Positions 29,483 through 39,513 of a stretch of DNA of 64,000 bases are shown here, in pieces; the stretch's first letter is position 1, and every line of letters starts with the position of its first letter. Under the pieces are notes generated by a model, which was not told the origin of the DNA, ran no database searches, and saw nothing but the letters and a program-made list of their open reading frames with translations. The stretch comes from a virus, in IMG/VR virus record IMGVR_UViG_3300008261_003175; one strand, given 5' to 3'. The translations under genes and the position numbers were made by a program.

Positions 29483-30060
29483 TGAAACAACATCTTAACG
29501 AAATTAAAAGAATGCAGAAATTAGCGGGAATCATTAAAGAAAACTATGATGATGATTCTTCAGGATATTCTTATGAATATAAAGAAGGACCAGGTGCTAA
29601 TCCTCAAGAAATTGTAAATACAATAAAACAATATAAAAAAGATAAATTTACTTGGGAAAAACTAGCTAAAAATGATTTTTACTCGATGGCGCAAGGAAAA
29701 TCAGCTGATATAAAATCAGAATACTACCCAGAGTGGAAAAAAGAAGATTTTCAAACAGTTATAGACGCGTTAGAGTCTTCTTCTTTAAATGAAGATAAGA
29801 ATGATACTGGAGAAGAATTAGCTAATTTTTTAAATCAAAATCAAGCTGAAGTAGAACGTAAAATAAATAGACCTGATTTACATCTAGATAAATTTTTACC
29901 TAATGGGGACTATACTAAGGGTACCGCGGTAGATGATGTATTTGATCCTCCTTTTAGAGGTATAATATTATCGTTTAGTAAAGATGCAATTGATTATGAT
30001 GATATAGAAAGTATAGAAGTACAAGGTAAGACTATATATTATTCTGCTTTCAATAATTAA
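29482..30060 (+). CDS. Hypothetical (putative head cargo) protein
   Basis: LNEIKRMQKLAGIIKE leader. Confidence 0.55.
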   Translation: MKQHLNEIKRMQKLAGIIKENYDDDSSGYSYEYKEGPGANPQEIVNTIKQYKKDKFTWEKLAKNDFYSMAQGKSADIKSEYYPEWKKEDFQTVIDALESSSLNEDKNDTGEELANFLNQNQAEVERKINRPDLHLDKFLPNGDYTKGTAVDDVFDPPFRGIILSFSKDAIDYDDIESIEVQGKTIYYSAFNN

Positions 30061-30071
30061 TAATAAAAAAA

Positions 30072-30512
30072 ATGAAACAAATACTAACTATACTATTAAT
30101 AATATTATCACTTTCATCTAAAGGACAACATGTACCTACATATGATAGTTTAGGTAATGTCACTTACTATACAGAAGATACAATTCACTTACCATACTCA
30201 GTTGCTAAAAAAATAGCTAAAGAATTAGTAGGATGTGATAGCACTAAAGCAATACTTGAATTAACTAAAGAACAACTTACTTTAACTGAACAAAAAGTAA
30301 CATTAAAAGATAGTGTTATAGCCCAACATATAAAAAAAGGTGAAATATACGAAGATCGTATCAAAAACGAGCAACTAAAATTCGATATGCAAGGTAAATG
30401 GGTAGATCAGTTACGTAAGCAAAATAAAAAACTTAAAGTAAAACTACTATTCACTAAAATAACATTAAGCGCTATTATAGGCGGACTAACATATTTATAT
30501 ATAACAAAATAA
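30072..30512 (+). CDS. Secreted coiled-coil protein with C-terminal TM (spanin-like)
   Basis: Signal peptide MKQILTILLIILSLSSKG|Q; C-terminal ITLSAIIGGLTYLYI. Confidence 0.5.
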   Translation: MKQILTILLIILSLSSKGQHVPTYDSLGNVTYYTEDTIHLPYSVAKKIAKELVGCDSTKAILELTKEQLTLTEQKVTLKDSVIAQHIKKGEIYEDRIKNEQLKFDMQGKWVDQLRKQNKKLKVKLLFTKITLSAIIGGLTYLYITK

Positions 30513-30519
30513 AAGTAAA

Positions 30520-30729
30520 ATGAAAAACGAAATCAAACTTGGATTACTAACAGATAATTTTATGTTAGGATTAATTTTAGCTTTGCAAGCTGTAGCTGGA
30601 CAATCTCTTGATGAACTAACAAGCGATGCAGCACAATCAGCAGTAAACGACCATCCAGGAGTTAAGGATATTCCAGAATTGGTTGGTTATGCTGGAGATT
30701 TTATTCGTGTGCAATTAGGAATTCAATAA
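30520..30729 (+). CDS. Small hypothetical protein
   Basis: 69-aa ORF on the operon strand with an A-rich leader. Confidence 0.5.
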   Translation: MKNEIKLGLLTDNFMLGLILALQAVAGQSLDELTSDAAQSAVNDHPGVKDIPELVGYAGDFIRVQLGIQ

Positions 30730-30819
30730 GAATAGAAATATTCTATTTGTTTTGTCACTTAATAAATATACAGTTGCATTGACCGAATAAAATATATATT
30801 TATAAATTAAAAGCAGTTC

Positions 30820-32418
30820 GTGTCTGAGCAAATAAGTATAAAAGAAAAGATAAAAGAGGAGTTCATTAAATGCGCTCAAGATCCTGTGTACTTCATGAAG
30901 AAGTATTATACGATCCAACACCCACAAAGAGGTCGACAATTGTTTGATCTCTATCCTTTCCAAGAAAAAGTACTTCGCTTATTTCAAAAATATCCTGACT
31001 CCGTTATTAATAAATCCAGGCAGTTAGGTATCTCTACTCTGGTTTCTGCATATTCATTGTGGTTGATGATTTTCAATAAGGATAAAAATATCCTTGTAAT
31101 CGCTACCAAACAAGATACTGCAAAGAACATGGTAACCAAAGTAAGATTCGCTTACGATAATCTACCAGTTTGGTTAAAAATAGGAACAGGAGCCACAGAA
31201 AATAACAGACTTAGTTTGCGTTTAGCAAACGGTTCTCAAATCAAAGCAGTATCAGCGGCAGGCGACTCAGGTCGTTCTGAAGCAGTTTCTCTTCTAGTAA
31301 TAGATGAGGCAGCGTTTATCGATAATATAGATACTATATATACTGCTGCTAAAATGACTCTTGCTACAGGAGGAGGATGCGTAGCACTTTCTACTCCAAA
31401 TGGTGTTGGTAACTGGTTTCACAAAACATATATAGCTGCTCAAAAAGGAGATAATAATTTTATACCTATATCACTACCATGGACTGTTCATCCTGAGAGA
31501 GATCAATCTTGGAGAGATATGCAAGACATAGATTTAGGAAAAAGAAATGCTGCGCAAGAATGCGATTGTGACTTTCTTAGTTCAGGCAACACAGTTATAG
31601 ATCCAGAAGTGCTTACTTGGTATGAGAAGAACTTTATATGCGAACCTCAAGAAAGAAGAGGTCCAGATAAGTCTTATTGGATTTGGGAATATCCTGATCC
31701 AATGAAATATTATACAGTTATTGCTGACGTTGCTCGTGGAGATGCATCAGATTTCTCAGCTTTTCACGTTATAGATATAGAAACAATGACTCAAGTCGCT
31801 GAGTATAAATCGCAAATTGGAACTAGAGACTACGCAAATGTACTTATAGCAGCCGCTACTGAATATAATCAAGCTCTATTAGTTGTAGAAAACGCAAATA
31901 TTGGTTGGGACGTAGTACAGTCTATTATAGAAAGCGGATACACCAATATTTATTATAGTCTAAAAAGTGAAGGCAATTCAGATTTTAGTACTTATTTGAG
32001 TAAATTCGAAAGATCAGACGGTCTAGTGCCAGGTTTTACAATGTCTCAAAGAACTCGACCTTTAGCTCTAGAAAAAATGAGAGAAGTCATAGAGACTAAA
32101 ATAGCTGTAATAAAGTCAATAAGATTATTAGAAGAGCTTAGAGTTTTTATTTGGAAAAATAACAAACAACAAGCAATGAACGGCTATAATGACGATTTGG
32201 TAATGAGCTTTTCAATGGCTATGTATTTAAGAGAGACATCATTACGATATAAAAAAACAGCAGAGAGTCTAACTTATAGCGCTTTAAACAATTATTCAAA
32301 AACTAATGGCGATATGCCGTTATATAACTCAAACAGCAATTTTAATCAGAACCCTTGGTCTATGCAAATAAATAATTCGCAAGGTCAAGAGACTCAAGAT
32401 TTAACTTGGCTCATATAA
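30820..32418 (+). CDS. terL: Terminase large subunit (gp17-like)
   Basis: LYPFQ, KSRQLGIST, LLVIDEAAF, STPNG, ADVARGD..DFS, VENANIG, DDLVMS; GTG start. Confidence 0.95.
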   Translation: MSEQISIKEKIKEEFIKCAQDPVYFMKKYYTIQHPQRGRQLFDLYPFQEKVLRLFQKYPDSVINKSRQLGISTLVSAYSLWLMIFNKDKNILVIATKQDTAKNMVTKVRFAYDNLPVWLKIGTGATENNRLSLRLANGSQIKAVSAAGDSGRSEAVSLLVIDEAAFIDNIDTIYTAAKMTLATGGGCVALSTPNGVGNWFHKTYIAAQKGDNNFIPISLPWTVHPERDQSWRDMQDIDLGKRNAAQECDCDFLSSGNTVIDPEVLTWYEKNFICEPQERRGPDKSYWIWEYPDPMKYYTVIADVARGDASDFSAFHVIDIETMTQVAEYKSQIGTRDYANVLIAAATEYNQALLVVENANIGWDVVQSIIESGYTNIYYSLKSEGNSDFSTYLSKFERSDGLVPGFTMSQRTRPLALEKMREVIETKIAVIKSIRLLEELRVFIWKNNKQQAMNGYNDDLVMSFSMAMYLRETSLRYKKTAESLTYSALNNYSKTNGDMPLYNSNSNFNQNPWSMQINNSQGQETQDLTWLI

Positions 32419-32427
32419 TTTTAAATT

Positions 32428-34329
32428 ATGGCAGAACAACAAAAACAGAATAATTTATTTTCTACACTTAGAAGATTATTTTCTACCGATGTGATAATTA
32501 GAAACGATGGCGCAGGATCCCTCAAAGTAATTGACGTTGATCGTATTCAAAATAACGGTGTAATTCAAACCAATTCTTTGGTTGATAGATTTCACAAAAT
32601 TTATACAACATCGACAGCTTACGGCGTTAATCTTAATCTAGCACAGAACTACCAATCTGCCAGGGTTCAAATCTATGCTGATTATGACGCTATGGATACT
32701 GATGCAATAGTAGCATCAGCCTTAGATATTATAGCTGACGAATGTACGCTTAAAAACGAACAGGGAGAGGTTTTACAAATCAGATCCTCAGACGAGAATA
32801 TACAAAAAATTCTATATAACTTATTTTATTCGGTGCTCAACATAGAATTTACTATGTGGTCCTGGATTAGAAACATGTGTAAGTACGGAGATTTTTATTT
32901 AAAAATGGAAATCGCTGAAAAATTCGGTGTATATAATGTTATTCCATTTTCTGCATATAATATAATCAGACAAGAGGGATACAATCCAACCAATCCCAAC
33001 GAAGTTCGTTTTAAATATGATCCACTTGGAGCTTTGGGAACTACTTCTGGATTCTCATCGGCGTATAACAATGAAGATCCAGGAATTTATTTTGATAATT
33101 ATGAAGTTGCTCACTTTAGATTAACTGGAGATGTAAACTATCTACCTTATGGAAGATCTTATTTGGAACCAGGAAGAAAGCTATTTAAGCAATACACTCT
33201 TATAGAAGACGCGATGTTGATTCATCGTATTACGAGGGCCCCAGAGCGTAGAACATTCTATGTTAACGTAGGAGCTATTCCTCCGAATGAAGTAGAAAAC
33301 TACATGCAGAGGATGATTGGTAAAATGAAAAAAACGCCTTTGATAGACCCTAATACAGGAAACTATAATTTAAAATACAATCAACAAAATCTATTAGAAG
33401 ATTTCTTTATTCCAGTTAGAGGCGGAGACAATACTACAAGGATAGACACAGCTAAAGGATTAGAGTATAATGCAATTGAAGACGTTACATATTTTAGAGA
33501 AAAACTATTTGCTGCTTTAAAGATTCCAAAAGCTTTCATGGGATACGAAAAAGATTTGTCTGGTAAAGCTACTCTAGCGGCAGAAGATATTAGATTCGCA
33601 AGAACTGTAGAAAGAATACAGAGAATTATAATATCTGAATTAACAAAAGTTGCATTGGTTCATCTATACGCTCATGGATATACTAATGAATCCGCAGCTA
33701 ATTTCACGCTATCATTAACTAATCCATCAATAATATACGAACAAGAGAGAATCGCTTTATTTAAAGAAAAAGTCGCTCTTGCAAAAGACGCTATAGATGG
33801 TAATTTACTTCCTAAAGATTTTATTTATGATAAAATATTCCAATTCTCTGAAGATCAATATGCAGAAATGGAAGATTTAATAGCTGAAGACAAGAAAAAA
33901 GCATTTAGACTCAAACAAATAGAAGAAGAGGGTAATGATCCAGCAGAAACTGGCCAAGTATTTGGAACACCGCATCAATTAGCAAGTCTATATGGAGGCA
34001 AAGGAGATAGTCCAGTAGATTTACCGATTGGATATGATGAAACAAACGTACAAGATGGACCAGGTAGACCAAAAAAATATCAATCTAAAATCGGTACAGA
34101 TGCATCAGCATTTGGAAGAGATGCATTGGGTAAAAAAGATATGAAATCAGGAAGCTCTCCCGAAGATTCTATGAAAGTTCAATATAAAGGCGGTCCATTA
34201 ACATATGAAAGCGCTATGGGAGAATATATTAGAAACAAAGCGATGCTTGATGCTATGGGCAGAAAAACAAAATTATTTAATGAACCATCTTTATTGAGCG
34301 AAGATAATATAAAATCTGATTTACCTTAA
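32428..34329 (+). CDS. Portal protein (gp20-like)
   Basis: SALDIIADE, EDAMLIHRITRAPERRTFY, EDFFIPVRGG, LFAALKIPK, EDIRFAR. Confidence 0.95.
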   Translation: MAEQQKQNNLFSTLRRLFSTDVIIRNDGAGSLKVIDVDRIQNNGVIQTNSLVDRFHKIYTTSTAYGVNLNLAQNYQSARVQIYADYDAMDTDAIVASALDIIADECTLKNEQGEVLQIRSSDENIQKILYNLFYSVLNIEFTMWSWIRNMCKYGDFYLKMEIAEKFGVYNVIPFSAYNIIRQEGYNPTNPNEVRFKYDPLGALGTTSGFSSAYNNEDPGIYFDNYEVAHFRLTGDVNYLPYGRSYLEPGRKLFKQYTLIEDAMLIHRITRAPERRTFYVNVGAIPPNEVENYMQRMIGKMKKTPLIDPNTGNYNLKYNQQNLLEDFFIPVRGGDNTTRIDTAKGLEYNAIEDVTYFREKLFAALKIPKAFMGYEKDLSGKATLAAEDIRFARTVERIQRIIISELTKVALVHLYAHGYTNESAANFTLSLTNPSIIYEQERIALFKEKVALAKDAIDGNLLPKDFIYDKIFQFSEDQYAEMEDLIAEDKKKAFRLKQIEEEGNDPAETGQVFGTPHQLASLYGGKGDSPVDLPIGYDETNVQDGPGRPKKYQSKIGTDASAFGRDALGKKDMKSGSSPEDSMKVQYKGGPLTYESAMGEYIRNKAMLDAMGRKTKLFNEPSLLSEDNIKSDLP

Positions 34330-34365
34330 CCTACCATATATTTATTAGTAGTATAATCTAAATAA

Positions 34366-35217
34366 ATGATTAAACATTCAAAATATCGTAATACTGGCAT
34401 TTTATTTGAATTGTTAGTTCGACAAACGACATCTGATTTACTTAATAACAAAGATTCAAAATCTGTAAAGATACTAAAAAAGTATTTTACTAATACAGAA
34501 TTAGGAAAAGAGTATAGCTTATATAATACTTTAGTAACTAGCCAAAAACTAAGCGAAGCAAAAGCTGAAATTCTAATTTCTACTTTAATAGAGCAGTATA
34601 AAAAATTAGATTGCGAAAAGATAAATAAATTAAAATATAATCTTATAAAAGAAATCAAAACAAGTTACGAATTGGAAGATTTCTTTAAAGCTAAAATTTC
34701 TAATTACAAGCAATACGCTTCTCTATATACAATATTTGAATCTCAGAATAGCAAATCTATAGATACAAAACAATTGATTCTCAATAAAATAACTCTATTA
34801 GAGCAATTAACAGACGAATCAATAATAGACAAAAAAGCTCCTCAGTCTATCATGGAAGATTTTATGAAAGAAGACAAAGAGGTTAGACTGTTGGCATATA
34901 AAATGTTGGTTGAAAAATTCAATGACAAATATGAAAGTCTTAGTGATATTCAAAAATCTATACTAAAGCAGTATATAAATAGCATATCAGATACTAAATC
35001 ACTTACTCAATATTTAAATGAGAGAGTTATTGAAGTGAAAGCTGAATTGACAAAATTGTCCAAATCAACGCCTGATAAAGTTTTAAAGATAAAGTTGCAA
35101 GAAGTGTTAAAGCTTGTAAAACCTTTAGAAGAAAATAAGTCTATAAAAGACGAACAAATAGTCGGTATTCTTCAGTGTTATGACTTAATTGAAGAAATAA
35201 AAAGAGCAAATGCCTAA
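34366..35217 (+). CDS. Conserved head-assembly-region protein
   Basis: KHSKYRNTGILFELLVRQ N-terminus; located between portal and protease. Confidence 0.6.
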   Translation: MIKHSKYRNTGILFELLVRQTTSDLLNNKDSKSVKILKKYFTNTELGKEYSLYNTLVTSQKLSEAKAEILISTLIEQYKKLDCEKINKLKYNLIKEIKTSYELEDFFKAKISNYKQYASLYTIFESQNSKSIDTKQLILNKITLLEQLTDESIIDKKAPQSIMEDFMKEDKEVRLLAYKMLVEKFNDKYESLSDIQKSILKQYINSISDTKSLTQYLNERVIEVKAELTKLSKSTPDKVLKIKLQEVLKLVKPLEENKSIKDEQIVGILQCYDLIEEIKRANA

Positions 35218-36991
35218 AAAACAAAAATACGAATTTAATCAACAATTCGCTACGCTTAGATTAAGAGAGCCTATCAATGAGGGTCGAGTGATGTTTACGA
35301 TAGATGATGAGAATATAGATAGCTTATTCAATAAACAATTTGAAGCTGATGTAGACTATATCCATGATGGTCCTGACGTATACTACGTAACGGATCAAAA
35401 TGATCTTGAAAGATTCGTAGATTATGTAGAAAGCATGGGATTGGATGCGGATAGAATACAGATTCAACAATACATGAAAGAAGAAGGTAGTGTAACCGGA
35501 GGTGAAGCATATCTTCCTGCTATGAACGTGTCATCAAAAAAACAAAACCCTTTTAAAGAAGGCGAACAAGAATATTTTATTCAAGTAGATGTGAGAGATG
35601 CTAAAAATGCGCTTGCAATTATTGATGATTCTTATTCATTAAGTAACTCTATAAAAAAGAGAGGAACAGATGTTTATACAACATTTGACGTAATGGCCGC
35701 AGAAGAGTTGATAGATTCTTTAAAGCAAAATGGAATACGTAATAAAAATAATGTTGAAGGATATGTCGAAGAAGATGTTTTATCGGGTTATACTCAAGAT
35801 AAAAACTTTCGTCCTGGACACACAAAAGACACGGGTGGATTCCAATATAAAGATCTTTGGGGATTAAATGAAGCATATACTCCATCTACAACTAACGTTG
35901 AAGAGCTAGCTAGAGTAAAAGAATTATTAACTCAAGCGCATAGAGATAACGCATACTCAGTAATGAGTTCTTATGAATTTAAAATCAATGCACTCAGATT
36001 GCTAGTATCCCTAGAGAAAAAATACGGCAAGATATTGCCTCTTTTGCCATTCGCGATGGATTTTGTTGATTATCTCGATAAATATTTCCCAGGATTTAAA
36101 GGTAAATTTGGCCCATACAATCAAAAATGGAGATCAGTCGCAGATCATATAGAAAAAACAATGCAGTCTCAACAATCAATAGATGAAGATGCATGCTGGT
36201 CTGGCTATGAAATGGTTGGAATGAAAGATAAAGGTGGTAAACAAGTTCCAAACTGCGTGCCTGTAGAAGAATCAAAGTTTATAACTTTATCAGAAATGAA
36301 TAAAATTATAGATGAAGTTTTTTCGCCTGAAGACTATAAAAAAGTACTTAAAATAATCGATAAGATAAAATATACAAATACTAGACTGTATAATGCTATA
36401 TTAGATATGATGGATGATATATATCCACACGATTACGGAGAGGTCGAAGCTCAAATGGCAATGAATGAATCTATCATTCCTGATAACATCATGAGTTTCG
36501 CTAAAAGAAAAGGAGTTACTGAGATTGTAAAACAAGTATCTCGTTGGGTACAAAAAGCAGGTAAACGCATCGTAGGAGGTACTGCTATAGGAAAAAACTA
36601 TAATACGTTAATACTGGACATAACTTATCAAGGTGGAGAAATACGTATTAATTTAGAAGACAGCACAATATCTGTTAACGGTGTAGATTACATATATGAT
36701 TATGATGAATTTATTGATGCATTGTCAGGAGATCAAATAAATGAAAATTATTCTCGTTTTAAGAACGAAACCAAAACTCGTACAAAGCCTGAACAATTTC
36801 ATCAAGCCGTTAAATCAGTTAAGCGCAAAGTAGAAGAGATTCACAAGCTCTACGAATACATGGAGAGACTAAAATTGGAATTGAGTGAAAATTCAGATGG
36901 ATTAAAATATAAAAAGTATACAGAAAACGCAATACAAAAAATTAAAGAAGCTGTAAAAGCTTTACACATAAAAACTAAAAAATTAAAATAA
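35210..36991 (+). CDS. Modular putative internal head polyprotein
   Basis: Modules delimited by INE/LNE/IDE/VEE/MNE; contains CWSGYEMVGMKDKGGKQVPNCVP. Confidence 0.55.
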   Translation: MPKKQKYEFNQQFATLRLREPINEGRVMFTIDDENIDSLFNKQFEADVDYIHDGPDVYYVTDQNDLERFVDYVESMGLDADRIQIQQYMKEEGSVTGGEAYLPAMNVSSKKQNPFKEGEQEYFIQVDVRDAKNALAIIDDSYSLSNSIKKRGTDVYTTFDVMAAEELIDSLKQNGIRNKNNVEGYVEEDVLSGYTQDKNFRPGHTKDTGGFQYKDLWGLNEAYTPSTTNVEELARVKELLTQAHRDNAYSVMSSYEFKINALRLLVSLEKKYGKILPLLPFAMDFVDYLDKYFPGFKGKFGPYNQKWRSVADHIEKTMQSQQSIDEDACWSGYEMVGMKDKGGKQVPNCVPVEESKFITLSEMNKIIDEVFSPEDYKKVLKIIDKIKYTNTRLYNAILDMMDDIYPHDYGEVEAQMAMNESIIPDNIMSFAKRKGVTEIVKQVSRWVQKAGKRIVGGTAIGKNYNTLILDITYQGGEIRINLEDSTISVNGVDYIYDYDEFIDALSGDQINENYSRFKNETKTRTKPEQFHQAVKSVKRKVEEIHKLYEYMERLKLELSENSDGLKYKKYTENAIQKIKEAVKALHIKTKKLK

Positions 36992-37389
36992 TGGATAATT
37001 TCAACTTTAAAAAGTATTTAACTGAAAACAATCTTGGACCATTCTCAAAATTTCAACAACCAAACGAAGGTAAAGTAGTTGATGTTGATAAAACATTGAG
37101 AGCATTACAAGCAGCAGTAAAATCTGGCGCTATTGTGACCATCGAAGGAGAAGAGGTTTTTAAAATGCCAATGATTAATATGGCAACATTCAAAGCCGGT
37201 GGTAGAGTTTCTCTTCCAAGAGATCCTGAAGATTTGGCATTTGCGGCTAGCGAGATTTTAGTGGATGGAGAGCCGTTAGAGTTAATATACAAAGACGCTC
37301 CTACTAGTATGCCAAAAGCGCAATCAAAACCATTCGATACGTCTGCTTATACAGATCCAGAATCAATATACTATCGCGGAGGAGATTAA
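36991..37389 (+). CDS. Hypothetical (putative head cargo) protein
   Basis: MDNFNFKKYLTENNL leader. Confidence 0.55.
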   Translation: MDNFNFKKYLTENNLGPFSKFQQPNEGKVVDVDKTLRALQAAVKSGAIVTIEGEEVFKMPMINMATFKAGGRVSLPRDPEDLAFAASEILVDGEPLELIYKDAPTSMPKAQSKPFDTSAYTDPESIYYRGGD

Positions 37390-37399
37390 TAAATAAAAG

Positions 37400-37531
37400 A
37401 TGGCAAAAGCAATTACAAGAGGCGGAACTTCAACAAAAATAACTTTCGGTAAAAGAAAAAAAGGTAAAGCGAAAAAAAGTTTTAATAAACGCGACCATAG
37501 AGAAAAAAACTACTGCGGACAAGGCAGATAA
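37400..37531 (+). CDS. Small basic protein (43 aa, not in the ORF track)
   Basis: MAKAITRGGTSTKITFGKRKKGKAKKSFNKRDHREKNYCGQGR*; fills the intergenic gap. Confidence 0.65.
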   Translation: MAKAITRGGTSTKITFGKRKKGKAKKSFNKRDHREKNYCGQGR

Positions 37532-37546
37532 CACATATTTATTAGT

Positions 37547-38881
37547 ATGAAAAACATAAGCAAACAATATCAAGATCTTTTAGAAGGTAAAATTAGCAGA
37601 GACTATTTCGTTAGAAACTGTCGTCAACAATTTCCTCAATTCGTATCTCCTGTAACATCAGTAGATGACGCTATTAAGATTCTTAAAAGCAAGAGAATCA
37701 TAGCAGAATCAATCTCAGAAAATGTAGATTATAAAGATCCGTATGTGAAAGGATATATAGATAACGAAAATGGGCGTTCTCTTGATGATTGCCCATATGA
37801 CGAGCGTAGGGCTGTCGAATTATGGAAAAATGGTTGGATGGACGCAGAAACAGAAAAGCAAATGGATCACGATGAAGAAACATATAATAGAGAGACAGGC
37901 GGATACGGAGATCTATATAAAGAATCGTTAAACGAAGCTGAAGAAAAAACTGAAGGTCGTTGGAAAGAAGCTACGGGCCAAGGGCAATACGAAAGATTTA
38001 AAGACATGGACAATGTCAATTTTACAACTTTCTTGAGAGCTGTTGCTTTTGAAGTATCTAAAGATCCTATTATTGACGATAGCGAATTACCCGCAATCAT
38101 GGATAAAGTAGCGAAAGCCATGAAAAAAGATCCAATGGCGTACAGAGATCTTGTTATCTCTAATACAGCAGATATTGCAAAGCAAGACGAAACTCTTAAA
38201 ATGAGAGAAGTTAAACCTGGCAATATGGTTGACAAAGATAACGGAATGAAAGAAATAAAAGGACAACCAAAATATAAAGCAGACAGCGCGCCAAAAACAG
38301 AATACAAGAAAGGCAAACCTGCAGGAGTTAAAGAAATGGGAGTTACTCCTAAAAAAGCTCCTGGAATCAAAGACGTAATGGACATACCAGGAAAAGAAAA
38401 GGTGCTAGATCAATTAAAAGAGTCTTTAAAAAAAAGTCTAACCGAAGACACGCATTATAAATACACTCCTGGCAAAGAAGTAGAGACTCCTATGGGAACA
38501 GGAATTGTAACTGATATAGTGGGAGGAACGATCACAGTTCAATTAAGTAATGGTCAGCCCGCTGATTTTCAAATAAACGTTTTAGATGCTATAGAAGCAA
38601 AAAAACAGAGAGACTCTCAATTTGGAGCTCTTCCAGATTTAGGAAAAATTGGTCAAAATTGGCTGAGTAGTCAAGTCAACGAGGAGGCTAAAGATAAAAA
38701 AACAGAAAAGAAAGATAAATATAGCAAATTAAAAGAGTACTTAAAGAAAGTTCTCAAAAAAGAAGCTATTAAATTTAAAGCTGGAGGAGAGACAATATTC
38801 AAAAATAATTCTGAAGCTGGATCTTATGAAATGGACTTAAAAAAATCTGGAGTTAAATATACAAAAACAAACGTATCCTAA
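37547..38881 (+). CDS. Putative prohead core/internal protein
   Basis: Highly charged; many LxE/IxE sites; directly upstream of the protease. Confidence 0.55.
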   Translation: MKNISKQYQDLLEGKISRDYFVRNCRQQFPQFVSPVTSVDDAIKILKSKRIIAESISENVDYKDPYVKGYIDNENGRSLDDCPYDERRAVELWKNGWMDAETEKQMDHDEETYNRETGGYGDLYKESLNEAEEKTEGRWKEATGQGQYERFKDMDNVNFTTFLRAVAFEVSKDPIIDDSELPAIMDKVAKAMKKDPMAYRDLVISNTADIAKQDETLKMREVKPGNMVDKDNGMKEIKGQPKYKADSAPKTEYKKGKPAGVKEMGVTPKKAPGIKDVMDIPGKEKVLDQLKESLKKSLTEDTHYKYTPGKEVETPMGTGIVTDIVGGTITVQLSNGQPADFQINVLDAIEAKKQRDSQFGALPDLGKIGQNWLSSQVNEEAKDKKTEKKDKYSKLKEYLKKVLKKEAIKFKAGGETIFKNNSEAGSYEMDLKKSGVKYTKTNVS

Positions 38882-39513
38882 TGAATAAAGATCTTTTAAT
38901 AGAATACAGCGTATTCACGCCTACGAAACACGGATTGTCTGAAGGCACAAGAAACGGCCGCGGGAATATGATTGTTTCAGGTCTTGTACAAGCGTGCGAT
39001 AAGCCAAATGCTAATAGAAGAATATATCCATACGAAACTCTAAAACAACAGGTAGAATTGTATGTAAAAGGACCCATCGCAGAAAATAGAGCGCTTGGAG
39101 AATTAGACCATCCAGAAACTTCAGTTATAAATTTAAAGAACGTATCTCACAATATATTAAAACTTTGGTTTGACGGAAAGAATCTGTACGGAGATATAGA
39201 GATACTTCCAACCCCTTCAGGAAATATACTTAAGCAACTATTTGCTAACAATATAACAGTCGGAATCTCTTCAAGAGCTATGGGTACTGTATCTCCAATA
39301 GGAGAAGGTCTAGTTAGAGTCGAAGACGATTTAGAATTGATTTGTTGGGATTTCGTATCTACTCCATCTACATTTGGAGCGTACGTTAGACCAGTATCAG
39401 GAATAAACGAATCTTATAATCCATCCAATCGCGCTCAAGGCAAATACGATAGAGCAAATAGAATGGTATCAGATATAATATGCAGCATGTCAGGAGTTTG
39501 CTGCATAAACTAA
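38881..39513 (+). CDS. Prohead core protease (gp21-like)
   Basis: NANRRIYP, ALGELDHP, NVSHNI, LPTPSG, VGISSRAMG, DFVSTPS. Confidence 0.95.
   Translation: MNKDLLIEYSVFTPTKHGLSEGTRNGRGNMIVSGLVQACDKPNANRRIYPYETLKQQVELYVKGPIAENRALGELDHPETSVINLKNVSHNILKLWFDGKNLYGDIEILPTPSGNILKQLFANNITVGISSRAMGTVSPIGEGLVRVEDDLELICWDFVSTPSTFGAYVRPVSGINESYNPSNRAQGKYDRANRMVSDIICSMSGVCCIN

Noticed and set aside
30820-34329. Inteins or introns in terminase or portal
   Set aside because: Normal lengths, continuous motifs, no Hint signatures
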